DNA of 64,000 nucleotides. Origin: Nemertoderma westbladi. Its lineage: Eukaryota; Animalia; Xenacoelomorpha. The notes below the pieces were generated by a model. The model saw nothing but the letters and a program-made list of their open reading frames with translations, was not told where the DNA came from and made no database searches. Both the position numbers and the translations under genes were made by a program. Shown one piece after another: positions 1 to 10,132 of this stretch. The stretch lies in NCBI GenBank assembly GCA_032718475.1, contig JAUCBJ010006881.1:59795-123794 (forward strand). Direction: 5' to 3'. The number at the start of each line of letters is the position of its first letter. The stretch's first letter is position 1.

Positions 1-789
1 ATTAATACTTAATTATTTGTATTTAATTTTACTTTATTTATTTGTATTTAATTTTAAATTAATTATTCATTTGTACTTTATTTTAATTTAATTAATTGTA
101 TTACTTTTACTTTATACATTGATTTCTATTTTAAAATTAATTAGGTAACTAATTACTCTTATCTATATCCAGACAGCTTTATCGTTGACCTTTCACCCCC
201 AATTAGCTTTAACCAAGCAACAGCTTATAAATAATAGTTGTATCCAAGCGCCCCCCCCCCCCCCCCCCCCCCTCTCGTGATACCTCTGATTCCTAATTAC
301 TCTTACCTATATCCAGCCGTCTGCAGTTCCATAGTCTGCCGCTAGAGGGCATATTATCTGAAAATTAACATCTTCTCTAACTTTGTTATTTTCATTCCGA
401 ATAGGTTTAAACTCGGTAGGCATCCACTACGACATAGGCCATATCTTTTGCGGAGACATAGAGTAGTCTGAAGTTCCCCTGTCTGCCGCTAGAGGGCGTA
501 TTATTTGAAAATTAACATCTTCTCTAGCTTTGTTATTTACAATCCGCAAAACTATGAAGTTATATTGCTTAAGAGTTCTAAGGGGCGAGCCATGAGGCAA
601 GATGTTTGAGGCTTATTTAGATATATTATTACTTAGTTTTGACACCCCAATCGATATCTATTACAATATGGGCAATATATTTTGCAGAGTCACAGAGTAT
701 TCTGAAGTTCCCAGTCTGCCGCTAGAGGGCGAAATGTCTCAAAGTGAAAACCATATGGTAGCCATGAATTGGTTACTAGGCAATAATAC
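1..789. repeat. Left inverted-repeat arm (pairs with 3750-4527)
   Basis: 1-30 attaatacttaattatttgt is the reverse complement of sequence ending at 4527; identity continues to ggcaataatac (789) / gtattattgcc (3750). Confidence 0.95.
321..731 (+). promoter_or_regulatory. Three CTCF-like sites (cores 336-351, 483-498, 716-731), each with an upstream CTG(C/A)AGTTCC module
   Basis: CTGCCGCTAGAGGGC(G/A) matches the CTCF core consensus. Reverse-oriented copies lie at 3808-3823, 4041-4056, 4188-4203 and 34534-34549, 34766-34781, 34914-34929. Confidence 0.65.
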
Positions 790-793
790 GGCC

Positions 794-882
794 GTGAGGC
801 ATAGACTATGACTCACTGAGGCATAGACTATGCCTCACTGAGGCATAGACTATGCCTCACTGAGGCATAGACTATGACTCAT
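794..882. repeat. Short array of the 22-bp palindromic unit (tgaggcatagactatgcctcac)
   Basis: About 4 units; reverse complement of the large array at 2755-3568. Confidence 0.9.
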
Positions 883-1017
883 AAGGGTCTAAGGCCTTCA
901 AGCTGATCATTTGCTTAGTTTTCTAATTAGAAGGTCGTGAGTTCGAACCCTAGAAGAGCATTATTCTTTTTCCTAGCTCTTGGCTAACTCTAGCATACAC
1001 TAGCTTTGACTCTCCCG

Positions 1018-2298
1018 CTATAGTGATAGTATGCAACCTTGGCCTGCGCGGGCATATACTGAACGAGAGTTTTTTATCATAGGTCTTCGAAAATTAGTAA
1101 AAGCTGGTTGATTTTCTATACTTTCATCTTCCTCATTACCCAACTGTTTCTTAATTTTATTCAATTGTTCATTAATTTTCAGTAATTTACTTTTATTTCC
1201 CAGAACCTGTCTTAATATCTCTTCTCTATTTTCTTCATTTTCTTCCATTTGTTTAATAAATTTCCGCATTTGATTTTTGTTTCCTAATATTTGTCTCAAT
1301 ATCTCTTCTTTATTTTCATCATTCTCTTCTAAATGTTTAATAAATTTCTGTAATTTAATTTTACTTCCTAGAACTTGGGTCAATGTCGCCTCCTTATTTT
1401 CTTCATTTTCCTTCAAATGTTTAATAATTTTCCGCAATTGATTCTTATTTCCAAGTAATTGCCTCTTTATTTCCTCATTATCATCATTTTCACCCTCTTC
1501 TCCACTTTCCTGATCTTCACTTTCTTCATCATCTTCCCCGCCTTCACTTTCTTCACTCTCTTTCTGACCTTCACTTTCTTCATCCTCTTCCCCGCCTTCA
1601 CTTTCTTCATCCTCTTCCCCGCCTTCACTTTCTTCACTCTCTTTCTGACCTTCACTTTCTTCATCCTCTTCCCCGCCTTCACTTTCTTCATCCTCTTCCT
1701 GTTCTTCACTTTCTTCATCCTCTTCCTGTTCTTCACTTTCTTCATCCTCTTCCTGTTCTTCACTTTCTTCATCCTCTTCCTGTTCTTCACTTTCTTCATC
1801 CTCTTCCTGTTCTTCACTTTCTTCATCCTCTTCCTGTTCTTCACTTTCTTCATTCTCTTCCTGACCTTCGCTATCTTCACCCTCTTCTTGACCTTCACTT
1901 TCTTCATCCTCTTCCTGATCTTCACTTTCTTCGTTCTCAACTTCACTCTCTTCAACTTCATCCTGACCCTCACTATTTTCATTCTCCATCTCATCATCCT
2001 CTTCTTCTCCATCTTTCTCACTCAAATTTTCCTCATTTTCTAGGGGTAACTGTTTTTGTATCCCTTTCAAAATATTCATAACTTTATGAATTTATTTTCC
2101 ATTGTTTGTTTTATATTTAATATATCACGCTCATCTCTCTTTTTCTTTTCATCTTCACTAAAAATATCTTCGGATTTTTTAAATTTTTTTTCGTAACGGA
2201 GCCATTAGTTTTTCCTTTCTATGTGTTTCCATATGACGAGATAAATTGTCTTGTCTCATTTCTTTATTACAAACCAAACAACTTTCATGTCTATGCAT
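1018..2298 (-). CDS. C2H2 zinc-finger + Glu-rich repeat + coiled-coil protein (open 1018-2079; N-terminal ZnF part joined only via two compensating 1-nt indels)
   Basis: ATG at 2298 gives MHRHESCLVCNKEMRQDNLSRHMETH (C-x2-C-x11-H-x3-H), in the same frame as the 353-aa ORF at 2079 but with stops between. The ORF has (EEQEEDEES)n repeats and ~4 coiled-coil repeats (LRQILGNKNQ). Confidence 0.6.
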
Positions 2299-2409
2299 TA
2301 TATAGCAATGTCAATTGATATTATTGAATTTTAGCTAAATGATTTTACAAAAATTTAAATAAATAAAACTTTTATGAAAATAAATACAACTTTTTAATAT
2401 AAAACTTAG

Positions 2410-2580
2410 AGAATGACTGGGAATGCGTTGAACGGGGGCTATTATAGATGGAGGCTAGAATGGATTATCCAATCAGAGTGCGAGGGTGAGTTAGGCAGCC
2501 AATCAGGACTCGAGGGAGGAAAGTTAGACAGCCAATGAGAGAGCAGATGCGAGTACAGTGGTAAAGCGCCCGCCCATCCA
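2410..2580 (-). promoter_or_regulatory. Pol II promoter for the ZnF/acidic gene
   Basis: CCAAT boxes at 2469, 2499 and 2532 (30-33 bp spacing), GC box ~2568, TATAAT on the minus strand ~2442-2447, Inr-like CAGTCATT ~2412-2419, about 115 nt above the ATG at 2298. Confidence 0.55.
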
Positions 2581-2754
2581 TGGTGAGATAACGTCACACT
2601 AACTCTCAAGGATAGTTATACTCACCATTCAAATATCCCTCGCAAACCAGATTCCCCCCAGCATCTAAAGTATTCCACTTCAATGCAAAATATATAGAGC
2701 TTTAGTTGGATTTGAACCTGTGCTTGTAAACTCTTTTGTGCTCGTATATTGAAG

Positions 2755-3568
2755 TGAGGCATAGACTATGCCTCACTGAGGCATAGTCTATGCCTCAGTG
2801 CCTCAGTGAGGCATAGTCTATCCCTCAGTGAGGCAGAGTCTATGCCTCAGTGAGGCAGAGTCTATGCCTCAGTGCCTCAGTGAGGCACTGAGTGAGGCAT
2901 AGTCTATGCCTCAGTGAGTCGTAGTCTATGCCTCAGTGCCTCAGTGAGGCATAGTCTTATGCCTCAGTGAGTCATAGTCTCTGCCTCAGTGCCTCAGTGA
3001 GGCATAGTCTATGCCTCAGTGAGTCATAGTCTATGCCTCAGTGAGTCATAGTCTATGCCTCAGTGCCTCAGTGAGGCATAGTCTATGCCTCAGTGAGGCA
3101 TAGTCTATGCCTCAATGAGTCATAGTCTATGCCTCAGTGCCCCAAGTCTATGCCTCAGTGCCTCAGTGAGGCATAGTCTATGCCTCAGTGAGGCATAGTC
3201 TATGCCTCAGTGCCTCAGTGAGGCATAGTCTATGCCTCAGTGAGTCATAGTCTATGCCTCAGTGAGGCATAGTCTATGCATCAGTTAGGCATAGTCTATG
3301 CCTCAGTGAGTCATAGTCTATGCCTCAGTGCCTCAGTGAGGCATAGTCTATGCCTCAGTGCCTCAATGAGGCATAGTCTATGCCTCAGTGAGGCATAGTC
3401 TATGCATCAGTGCCTCAGTGAGGCATAGTCTATGCCTCAGTGCCTCAGTGAGGCATAGTCTGTGCCTCAGTGCCTCAGTGAGGCATAGTCTATGCCTCAG
3501 TGAGGCATAGTCTATGCCTCAGTAAGTCATAGTCTATGCCTCAGTGCCTCAGTGAGGCATAGTCTGTG
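2755..3568. repeat. Tandem array of 22/30-bp quasi-palindromic unit GCCTCAGTGAGGCATAGTCTAT
   Basis: About 30 units, each made of two odd palindromes (GCCTCA-G-TGAGGC, ATAG-T-CTAT), with no unique spacers. Confidence 0.95.
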
Positions 3569-3628
3569 TCAGGTCTTAAATGAGAGTCTTACAAATTCGA
3601 ACGGCAACGAACAAATTCGAAGGTTACT

Positions 3629-3702
3629 GTTCCACCTTGGTGTAGTGGTTGCATTGAATTCACATCTCCCGTATGTCATGGGTTCGATCCCCGCATGAAC
3701 CA
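3629..3702 (+). ncRNA. tRNA-like Pol III unit (A box TGGTGTAGTGG, B box GGTTCGATCCC), not a canonical tRNA
   Basis: A and B boxes at tRNA-like spacing, followed by TTTT at ~3709; paralogs at ~34354-34430 (+) and ~33213-33291 (-). Confidence 0.45.
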
Positions 3703-3749
3703 GGGCAGTTTTCGTTCGGTCAGCAATAGGCCTAACGTTGCAAAATGCA

Positions 3750-4702
3750 GTATTATTGCCTAGTAACCAATTCATGGCTACCATATGGTTTTCACTTTGA
3801 GACATTTCGCCCTCTAGCGGCAGACTGGGAACTTCAGAATACTCTGTGACTCTGCAAAAGATATAGCCCATATTGTAATAGATACCGATTGGGGGGTCAA
3901 AATTAAGTAATAATATATCTAAATAAGCCTCAAACATCTTGCCTCATGGCTCGCCCCTTAGAACTCTTAAGCAATATAACTTCATAGTTTTGCGGATTGT
4001 AAATAACAAAGCTAGAGAAGATGTTAATTTTCAAATAATACGCCCTCTAGCGGCAGACAGGGGAACTTCAGACTACTCTATGTCTCCGCAAAAGATATGG
4101 CCTATGCCGTAGTAGATGCCTACCGAGTTTAAACCTATTCGGAATGAAAATAACAAAGTTAGAGAAGATGTTAATTTTCAGATAATATGCCCTCTAGCGG
4201 CAGACTATGGAACTGCAGACGGCTGGATATAGGTAAGAGTAATTAGTAATCAGAGGTGTCACGAGAGGGGGGCGGGGCGCTTGGATACAACTATTATTAA
4301 TAAGCTGTTGCTTGGTTAAAGCTAATTGGGGGTCAAAGGTCAACGATAAAGCTGTCTGGATATAGATAAGAGTAATTAGTTACCTAATTAATTTTAAAAT
4401 AGAAATCAATGTATAAAGTAAAGGTAATACAATTACTTAAATTAAAATAAAGTACAAATGAATAATTAATTTAAAATTAAATACAAATAAATAAAGTAAA
4501 ATTAAATACAAATAATTAAGTATTAATGAATAAAAGAGCCGCGGTGTCACTTATGACACCCTCTTGAGCCGGCTTTGCGACAGTTGGACCTCACTGATGA
4601 CCCATTGTGTGTCAGTGCGCTAATCAGTCTGATTAATTAGGATAATCAATTAAACCCTAATTAGGAGTCGTAAGACACCTAATAGGTACACCTGTCAATT
4701 AG
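3750..4702. repeat. Right inverted-repeat arm, truncated at ~4702 relative to the copy at 34476-35601
   Basis: Colinear with ~34476-35460; similarity stops after cctgtcaattag. Confidence 0.9.
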
Positions 4703-4855
4703 ATTATTAAATGCCGTTCATTCTCGTGGCATATAAATGTGATGCACTTTTAAATGAAAATGGGATGTATTTGTGGCTTCTTTTTAATATAAAAAAATAT
4801 ATAAAACCAAAATGGTATTCTTTATAAAGAATAACAAATAAAAATAATACGTCTA

Positions 4856-4996
4856 CTCTGGAGTCCCGAATAGACGGGTCGACACGGCAATTAATTTTTG
4901 AAAAAAAAATCCACCCACAATTATCTTATTCCAGACACCCCGACTATTAGCATAATTAAATTTTTCCACCCACACCGTCTATTCGGGACTCCAGAG
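4856..4996. mobile_element. MITE, Tc1/mariner-pogo type (TA TSD)
   Basis: 22-bp TIR CTCTGGAGTCCCGAATAGACGG / CCGTCTATTCGGGACTCCAGAG flanked by TA on both sides. Confidence 0.85.
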
Positions 4997-7059
4997 TAAG
5001 TGCGCCAAAACAATGTCAAAATTGTTTTTTAACATTTTCCAAAAGATAAAAAACTAATTTTTAAATTAAATGTGATGATTTGTTGGTTCAATAGGCAGGT
5101 AAGTTTTTGAAGTTTTATATGAAAAATTGAAACAACTTTAATGGGTGTGCTCAAAAGCTTGCAAAATTGTTAGTTATTGTGTTCATTTTGAAAAAAATAA
5201 ACAATCTTTTTAATTAAAAGTGACGATTAGGGGGCTTCGATAAAAAAAAACTCAAAGTGATTTACAAAGAAGTTTAATAAAATTATAACAAACAATATTT
5301 TTAATTAAATTGGGCGGCTTCGATAGTATGTACTTATGAAAATAACAAGACACTAAAAAGGCACTTCAGTTAGTAAAAAATTCAAATTTAGTGTAGTTGA
5401 TCTATATACTATAGTTAATAACCTCGCAATAGTCAACGTTCGATAGATTCCTTAGATTCGTTCGTTCGATAAAGTATACAGATATTTGGAATATAACGGT
5501 CCCCAGGGCAATTAGAGCCTGAGAGCTGTAGAGCCTACCGGTAGACAACATGCTTATATTTATTTAATTTAGGTTTAAATTTCCCGCTTTTGTGAATATT
5601 GATTATAAGGATGGCAAAATGATTGGTCGATCGCCAAAAGTTGTGTTTTTTGGGATAAATCACCAATTTCATTGAAAGTATACAAGAATATGAAGGGAGG
5701 AGAGCCGCAAAGAAGTCACTGTCCGATGGAATGAGTTCTAGTTAAACATATAAACTGTAGTTCAACAAATTATTCTTGGAGCGTCCAGTTAACTTTTTCT
5801 GTATTATGTTTGTAAACTTTGAAAATAGGAAGTAAATTACTAATTATTATCAAAGGAAATGAAGTGAACGTCGAAACAAAGTAACTGTCAAAGCCACCAC
5901 AATTAAATCACTTACAGTACTAGAAATAGGTTTAACATTATCTACTATTTTAGACTTAAACTGCACTTAGAAAACATAAGAATTGGCAGCCACATCAATT
6001 CGAGCCACAAATTAATCACATGTTTCAAACTGTTGTAACTTCGTAAATACCTCACATTCTTTAAGAAAAACATTTTTTTAAATAGTAGAAAATTATTCGA
6101 TTTAATCTACATAGATACACGACAGAAAGGCAGCCACAATTTAATTTGACCTCGCAAAACATAACACCATCCAAATCGATAGAAAAAGCCTAAACAGAAG
6201 ATGCAGTAGAGCACCGTTATTTTTTAATGCTTTTATGGAATTAGGGCATAATAATTACACTTAAACTTCAGCACTTAGTTTATTCAATTGAAAAGAAATG
6301 TTTAGCCAATCAGTGATACCGTAGAATGAAGAATTGTAGAAGACAATAGAATCGTACTGTACATGTACGACCGTATCTACGGTAGCCTATGGGGTTTATT
6401 CTGTTATACATGGAAAACTCAGGTACGTTACGCACGGATTTTGAAATTTGTTATGCACAGAACATTTTCAAACATAAAATTTTCAGCACCGCCCCACAAA
6501 TTAAAAAACGATTTCAGTATTATTTATCGTTGTTATCAAAACTGACTCTTGACCGTGTTGATAATCAGCAAAACATTACTGCCAAGCTAAAATTTAAACT
6601 TTTCGATAAAAATGTTATGCACGGAAGGCGACGGGGTTATGATAAATCGACCAGTACTTTCAGAAACGAACAAAACAAACCAAAAAATTCGAAATCAGTA
6701 CCATCGAAAACGTCGGGTTCCAAGAAAATTACGATTCGAAATGGACATTTTAAAGTATAGAATTCGCTTTTCTAAAATATTTTAAAATTGACTCAAATTG
6801 CAATTATTTTTTGTTAATCAGTCGGCGCTTGCAAATCTTTTCAATAATGCCCAGTACCGTTGGAAAAGTTCTTATTTCATATCATTCAATAGTCATTTTG
6901 TAACATTTTTTTTCTCGTAACAAAATCATATATAGATGTAGTGCCCAAGCAGCACCTTACATACAGTACGGCCCAAACTCACAAAAAGTTTCGCACACGT
7001 TTCAACTTAATTTTAGAATAATATTTTTTTTAGAACCTTAAGTAATAAAGTTATATATA

Positions 7060-7250
7060 GAAAAGAACAAGTAGTGCGATTTGAAAAAAAACATAATTGT
7101 TTAGATTCGGAACGTTTCGTATATACGAATACATTCAATATATAAATAAATAAAGAATAAAAATAATATAAGATATATAAATACGATATATATACGAAAC
7201 GTTCTGGATCTAAACAATTAGTTTTTCAAATCGCAATACTTGTTATTTTC
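7060..7250. repeat. Foldback inverted repeat (MITE-like)
   Basis: gaaaagaacaagtagtgcgatttgaaaaa...gaacgtttcgtatat is inverted at ~7188-7250. Confidence 0.7.
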
Positions 7251-7494
7251 TGTTTCAAATTACGATATTCTCCTGGGATCACCATAACTTCAAAGTTATA
7301 TATAATTATGAAGATAATTTTATTGTATTCTGAGGGATTTATTTGGACATCTACTGATTGTAATTTTCAACAAGTTGTATCTCATTTTAAAGCTAAATAA
7401 TGGATGAAGGCAATGGAATACGGAAGCCCTGAGTGGCCAAGCTGTTATACATCCATGAACAAGTGGTGCGCGCGCGAATTTGGAATTATTTGGT

Positions 7495-7905
7495 GTATGT
7501 ACGACATGGGTGTATGTGTACACGACATGAGTATATGTACGCGCGACATGAGTATATGTGTGCGCGACATGAGCATATTTGCACGACATGAGTGAGTATG
7601 TGTGTGAGCGACATAACAACAGTATATCTGTGCACGACATGAGCATATTTATGCATGACATGACCATATGTATGCACGACATGAGTATATGTGTACGCGA
7701 CATGTGTATGTGTTCACGACATGAGTGAGTATATGTGTGTACGACATAACTACAGTATATCTATCTGTGCACGACATGAGCATTTGTATGCAAGGCATGA
7801 GCATATGTGTGAGCGACATGTATATGTGTGCACGACATGAGTATATGTGTGAGCGACATAACTACATCTGTGTACGACATGAGTATATGTATGCACGACA
7901 TGAGA
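7495..7905. repeat. ~22-bp minisatellite (gcacgacatgagtatatgtgt)
   Basis: About 18 degenerate units with a conserved CGACAT core. Confidence 0.9.
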
Positions 7906-8169
7906 TGTAGATTTGATGGAGGGAAATTCAAACAAACATATAATTCAAATATAGTTGTTGCAGTGTACTTATGCTGTGTACCGGTACTGACTGCTAGCGA
8001 TACACCACAGGCCTACCCTGCTGCCCTGCTACCTGTGGTACTATGTCGACTATCCCGTCTACCGGTACAATACCGGTTATTATCGAATATTTTAGAAGTG
8101 GATAAGCGAAGTTCATAATGACATCGAAGTTAGTGAACGAACCGTACGTAGGAAACTCAACCAGTTTGC

Positions 8170-8830
8170 AGTTAGGATTAGGTCTCTTTGGTCGAGGTGT
8201 TATTGTACTTTATTAACCCTGAAGCAAGTGCCCTGCGTAGAAGACACCGGTTATAACGGCGTCGTTATCATACATCGGGACCCAAAGCCGTGTTTCACAT
8301 CGATGGATATGACAAACTTAAACCATTTGGGTTCGCAATACACGGAGCTATCGATGGGTGGTCACGAAAAATATTATGGCAGTATGGTTAGAAGTGATGA
8401 GAAGCAACAACAATCCTAACGTTATTGGATATCTATTTCTCAAAGCGGTAGAAGAGCATGGATGTCCATTACGTTTAGAATCCGATCGTGGTACTGAGAA
8501 CACGCACTGCTGCTGCAGCGCAGGCTTTCTTTAGAGGAAACATAGACGCTCACAGTTACATTTCTTCACCAAGAAATCAGAGAATAGAATCGTGGTGGTC
8601 CATACTGCGTCGTACATAGAGTAAGTTTTGGATCAATTTTTTTAAAGATCTTGTTGTATGCGAAATGTACGATCCAGCTAACCAGATTCAGGCTGATGTG
8701 TAATGTGGTTCTGTTTTTTCGGATCTCATCCAGAATGAACTGAATGAAATCGTATGGCAGTGGAATAGCCACTACATCATGAAGTCAGATTTGAAACCAT
8801 TCCAGGGCGGCCAAACTACAATTTTTGTAA
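8170..8830 (+). pseudogene. Degenerate integrase-core (DDE) transposase, IS3EU-like
   Basis: Translation across frameshifts gives RRRYHTSGPKAVFHIDGYDKLKPFGFAIHGAIDGWSRK...SDRGTEN...NQRIESWWSILRR, with internal stops. Confidence 0.75.
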
Positions 8831-8953
8831 TCCTGCTTCAAAGGGAGGCCAGGCTAATTTAGGAATGTTTGTTTCTTGTCAAATGTTAACAGTAGTAAAG
8901 AGCGTAATTATTCTACTGAATTTCATAAATGATAATATTGAATACTGCATATA

Positions 8954-9034
8954 CTTACTACTACTACTAGGATCGGCATGCTACATTGCAGCGGATGTTC
9001 TAATGAGCTGAGGAGCCGTTGGGCTCCCTCTAGT
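8954..9034 (-). mobile_element. Internally deleted RTE-LINE fragment
   Basis: Fuses the (TAG)n 3' tail/3' UTR (as at 62560-62600) to the 5' breakpoint sequence seen at 63315-63353. Confidence 0.75.
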
Positions 9035-9219
9035 GATTCTGAGAGTACTCCTAAGTCAACAAAGATAACAGCCAGATAGATGCCTTATGTTTAGTGTGAC
9101 TATGTTCGGGGGTTACTGCTACGTGATAGCCCCCGAGTATCATTACGATACCATATATGGAGTCCCAGCAATAGAAACACTCGCTCCGCTATGGTATCTA
9201 GAGGACGCTACAATGGTCG

Positions 9220-9819
9220 ATGATGCGACGAAATACGCCCCTCTACCTGCTACCAGCAGGGCTGATATCGATAAGGACAATGGCGCCATTCGTCTTGGAG
9301 GTGCCACATCTACGCGGCACTTCTGTATCGTTCGCGGACTCTTGCGGTTGCGGATTTTGTGATGGACGCTATAAAGCCGCATGCCCGGCCTGCGAGAAGG
9401 CCAGGTCTGCAACACTAGTAGTGGAGCTGCGGCTTCCCCGCCGTATCTTCCAGGGTGTCGACGTCATGCCATATACGTCGGTCAATCTCGGCCGTTCTCT
9501 CTACAGCAATGTTATCATGGTGTCCCCAGCACCAAGCTATTCCCCGCTGCGTCTAATGGCGCAGCACCTACAAGCTGAGCTGGGGGCCCATGTCGGGGGT
9601 TTCCGTCTCTACGGGTGGTATAAACCCGGAGTGTTAGATGGTGAGGAATATATCACCCTCACCAAGGTCCACCTGTCGCTTGTAGAAGTGATGGGGCCAC
9701 CTCTTCGTAGATATACCGGAGACATCGAGGACAGAGCTGTTGTCCGGCCGCGGCCAGCTACACCTCCACAGAATAGTTTATTACTTGGACAGACTAGATT
9801 AGACACTTTTTTTCATTAG
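9220..9819 (+). CDS. Orphan 199-aa protein with Cys cluster and C-terminal PIP-box-like motif
   Basis: GC-rich island in AT-rich flanks; CGCGFC...CPAC; ends QTRLDTFFH; overlapped by a 91-aa ORF at 9087-9362. Confidence 0.4.
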   Translation: MMRRNTPLYLLPAGLISIRTMAPFVLEVPHLRGTSVSFADSCGCGFCDGRYKAACPACEKARSATLVVELRLPRRIFQGVDVMPYTSVNLGRSLYSNVIMVSPAPSYSPLRLMAQHLQAELGAHVGGFRLYGWYKPGVLDGEEYITLTKVHLSLVEVMGPPLRRYTGDIEDRAVVRPRPATPPQNSLLLGQTRLDTFFH

Positions 9820-10132
9820 GATGACATTCTAGACTAGAAGTAGAATACACTACCCTGTACTGCTGTACGTACAGCTGTACGTACAGCAGTACGTACACGT
9901 CGCTGTCTCTTCTGTTCTTTATTATTACTAAATCCAGAAATCCTAGAAACTTCAGAACTTTGTAGGCCTAATGCCAAATGCAGTACAGCAGTACATCACC
10001 CCCACTTCCATTTTATTGTACATACTAACTAACTGTAAATAACTATTTAGGTAGGGCTCTAAGTTTAATTTTATTATACTGTACATATAGATAGACAATT
10101 ACATTTACGTACATACTTTCATAATTACCGTG

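Larger units (their letters stand above)
1..4702. mobile_element. Non-autonomous long-TIR element, Polinton/Maverick-like remnant (left end runs off the window)
   Basis: 1-789 is a near-identical inverted copy of 3750-4527. The arms enclose a C2H2/acidic ORF and a palindromic tandem array. A longer copy of the same arm at 34090-35601 ends in ...CTACTACT (rc AGTAGTAG), a Polinton-type terminus. No pPolB, integrase or capsid gene is visible. Confidence 0.55.

Noticed and set aside
602-811. ORFs MFEAYLDILLL... in both arms (also 3569-3937)
   Set aside because: Lie in the non-coding inverted repeat; the frame is not preserved in the 34.5-kb copy.
1459-2043. Phe-rich (+) and Lys/Arg-rich (-) ORFs
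   Set aside because: Alternative frames of the 27-bp repeat encoding the acidic tract; only the acidic frame extends into unique sequence.
2755-3568. CRISPR-like array
   Set aside because: Repeats are contiguous with no unique spacers, there are no cas genes, and the context is eukaryotic. The same applies to 7495-7905, 29935-30207 and 40035-40280.
3629-3702. Functional tRNA gene
   Set aside because: Acceptor and anticodon stems do not form convincingly; kept only as tRNA-like.
7320-8118. Several Cys/His/Met-rich ORFs
   Set aside because: Translations of the 22-bp minisatellite.
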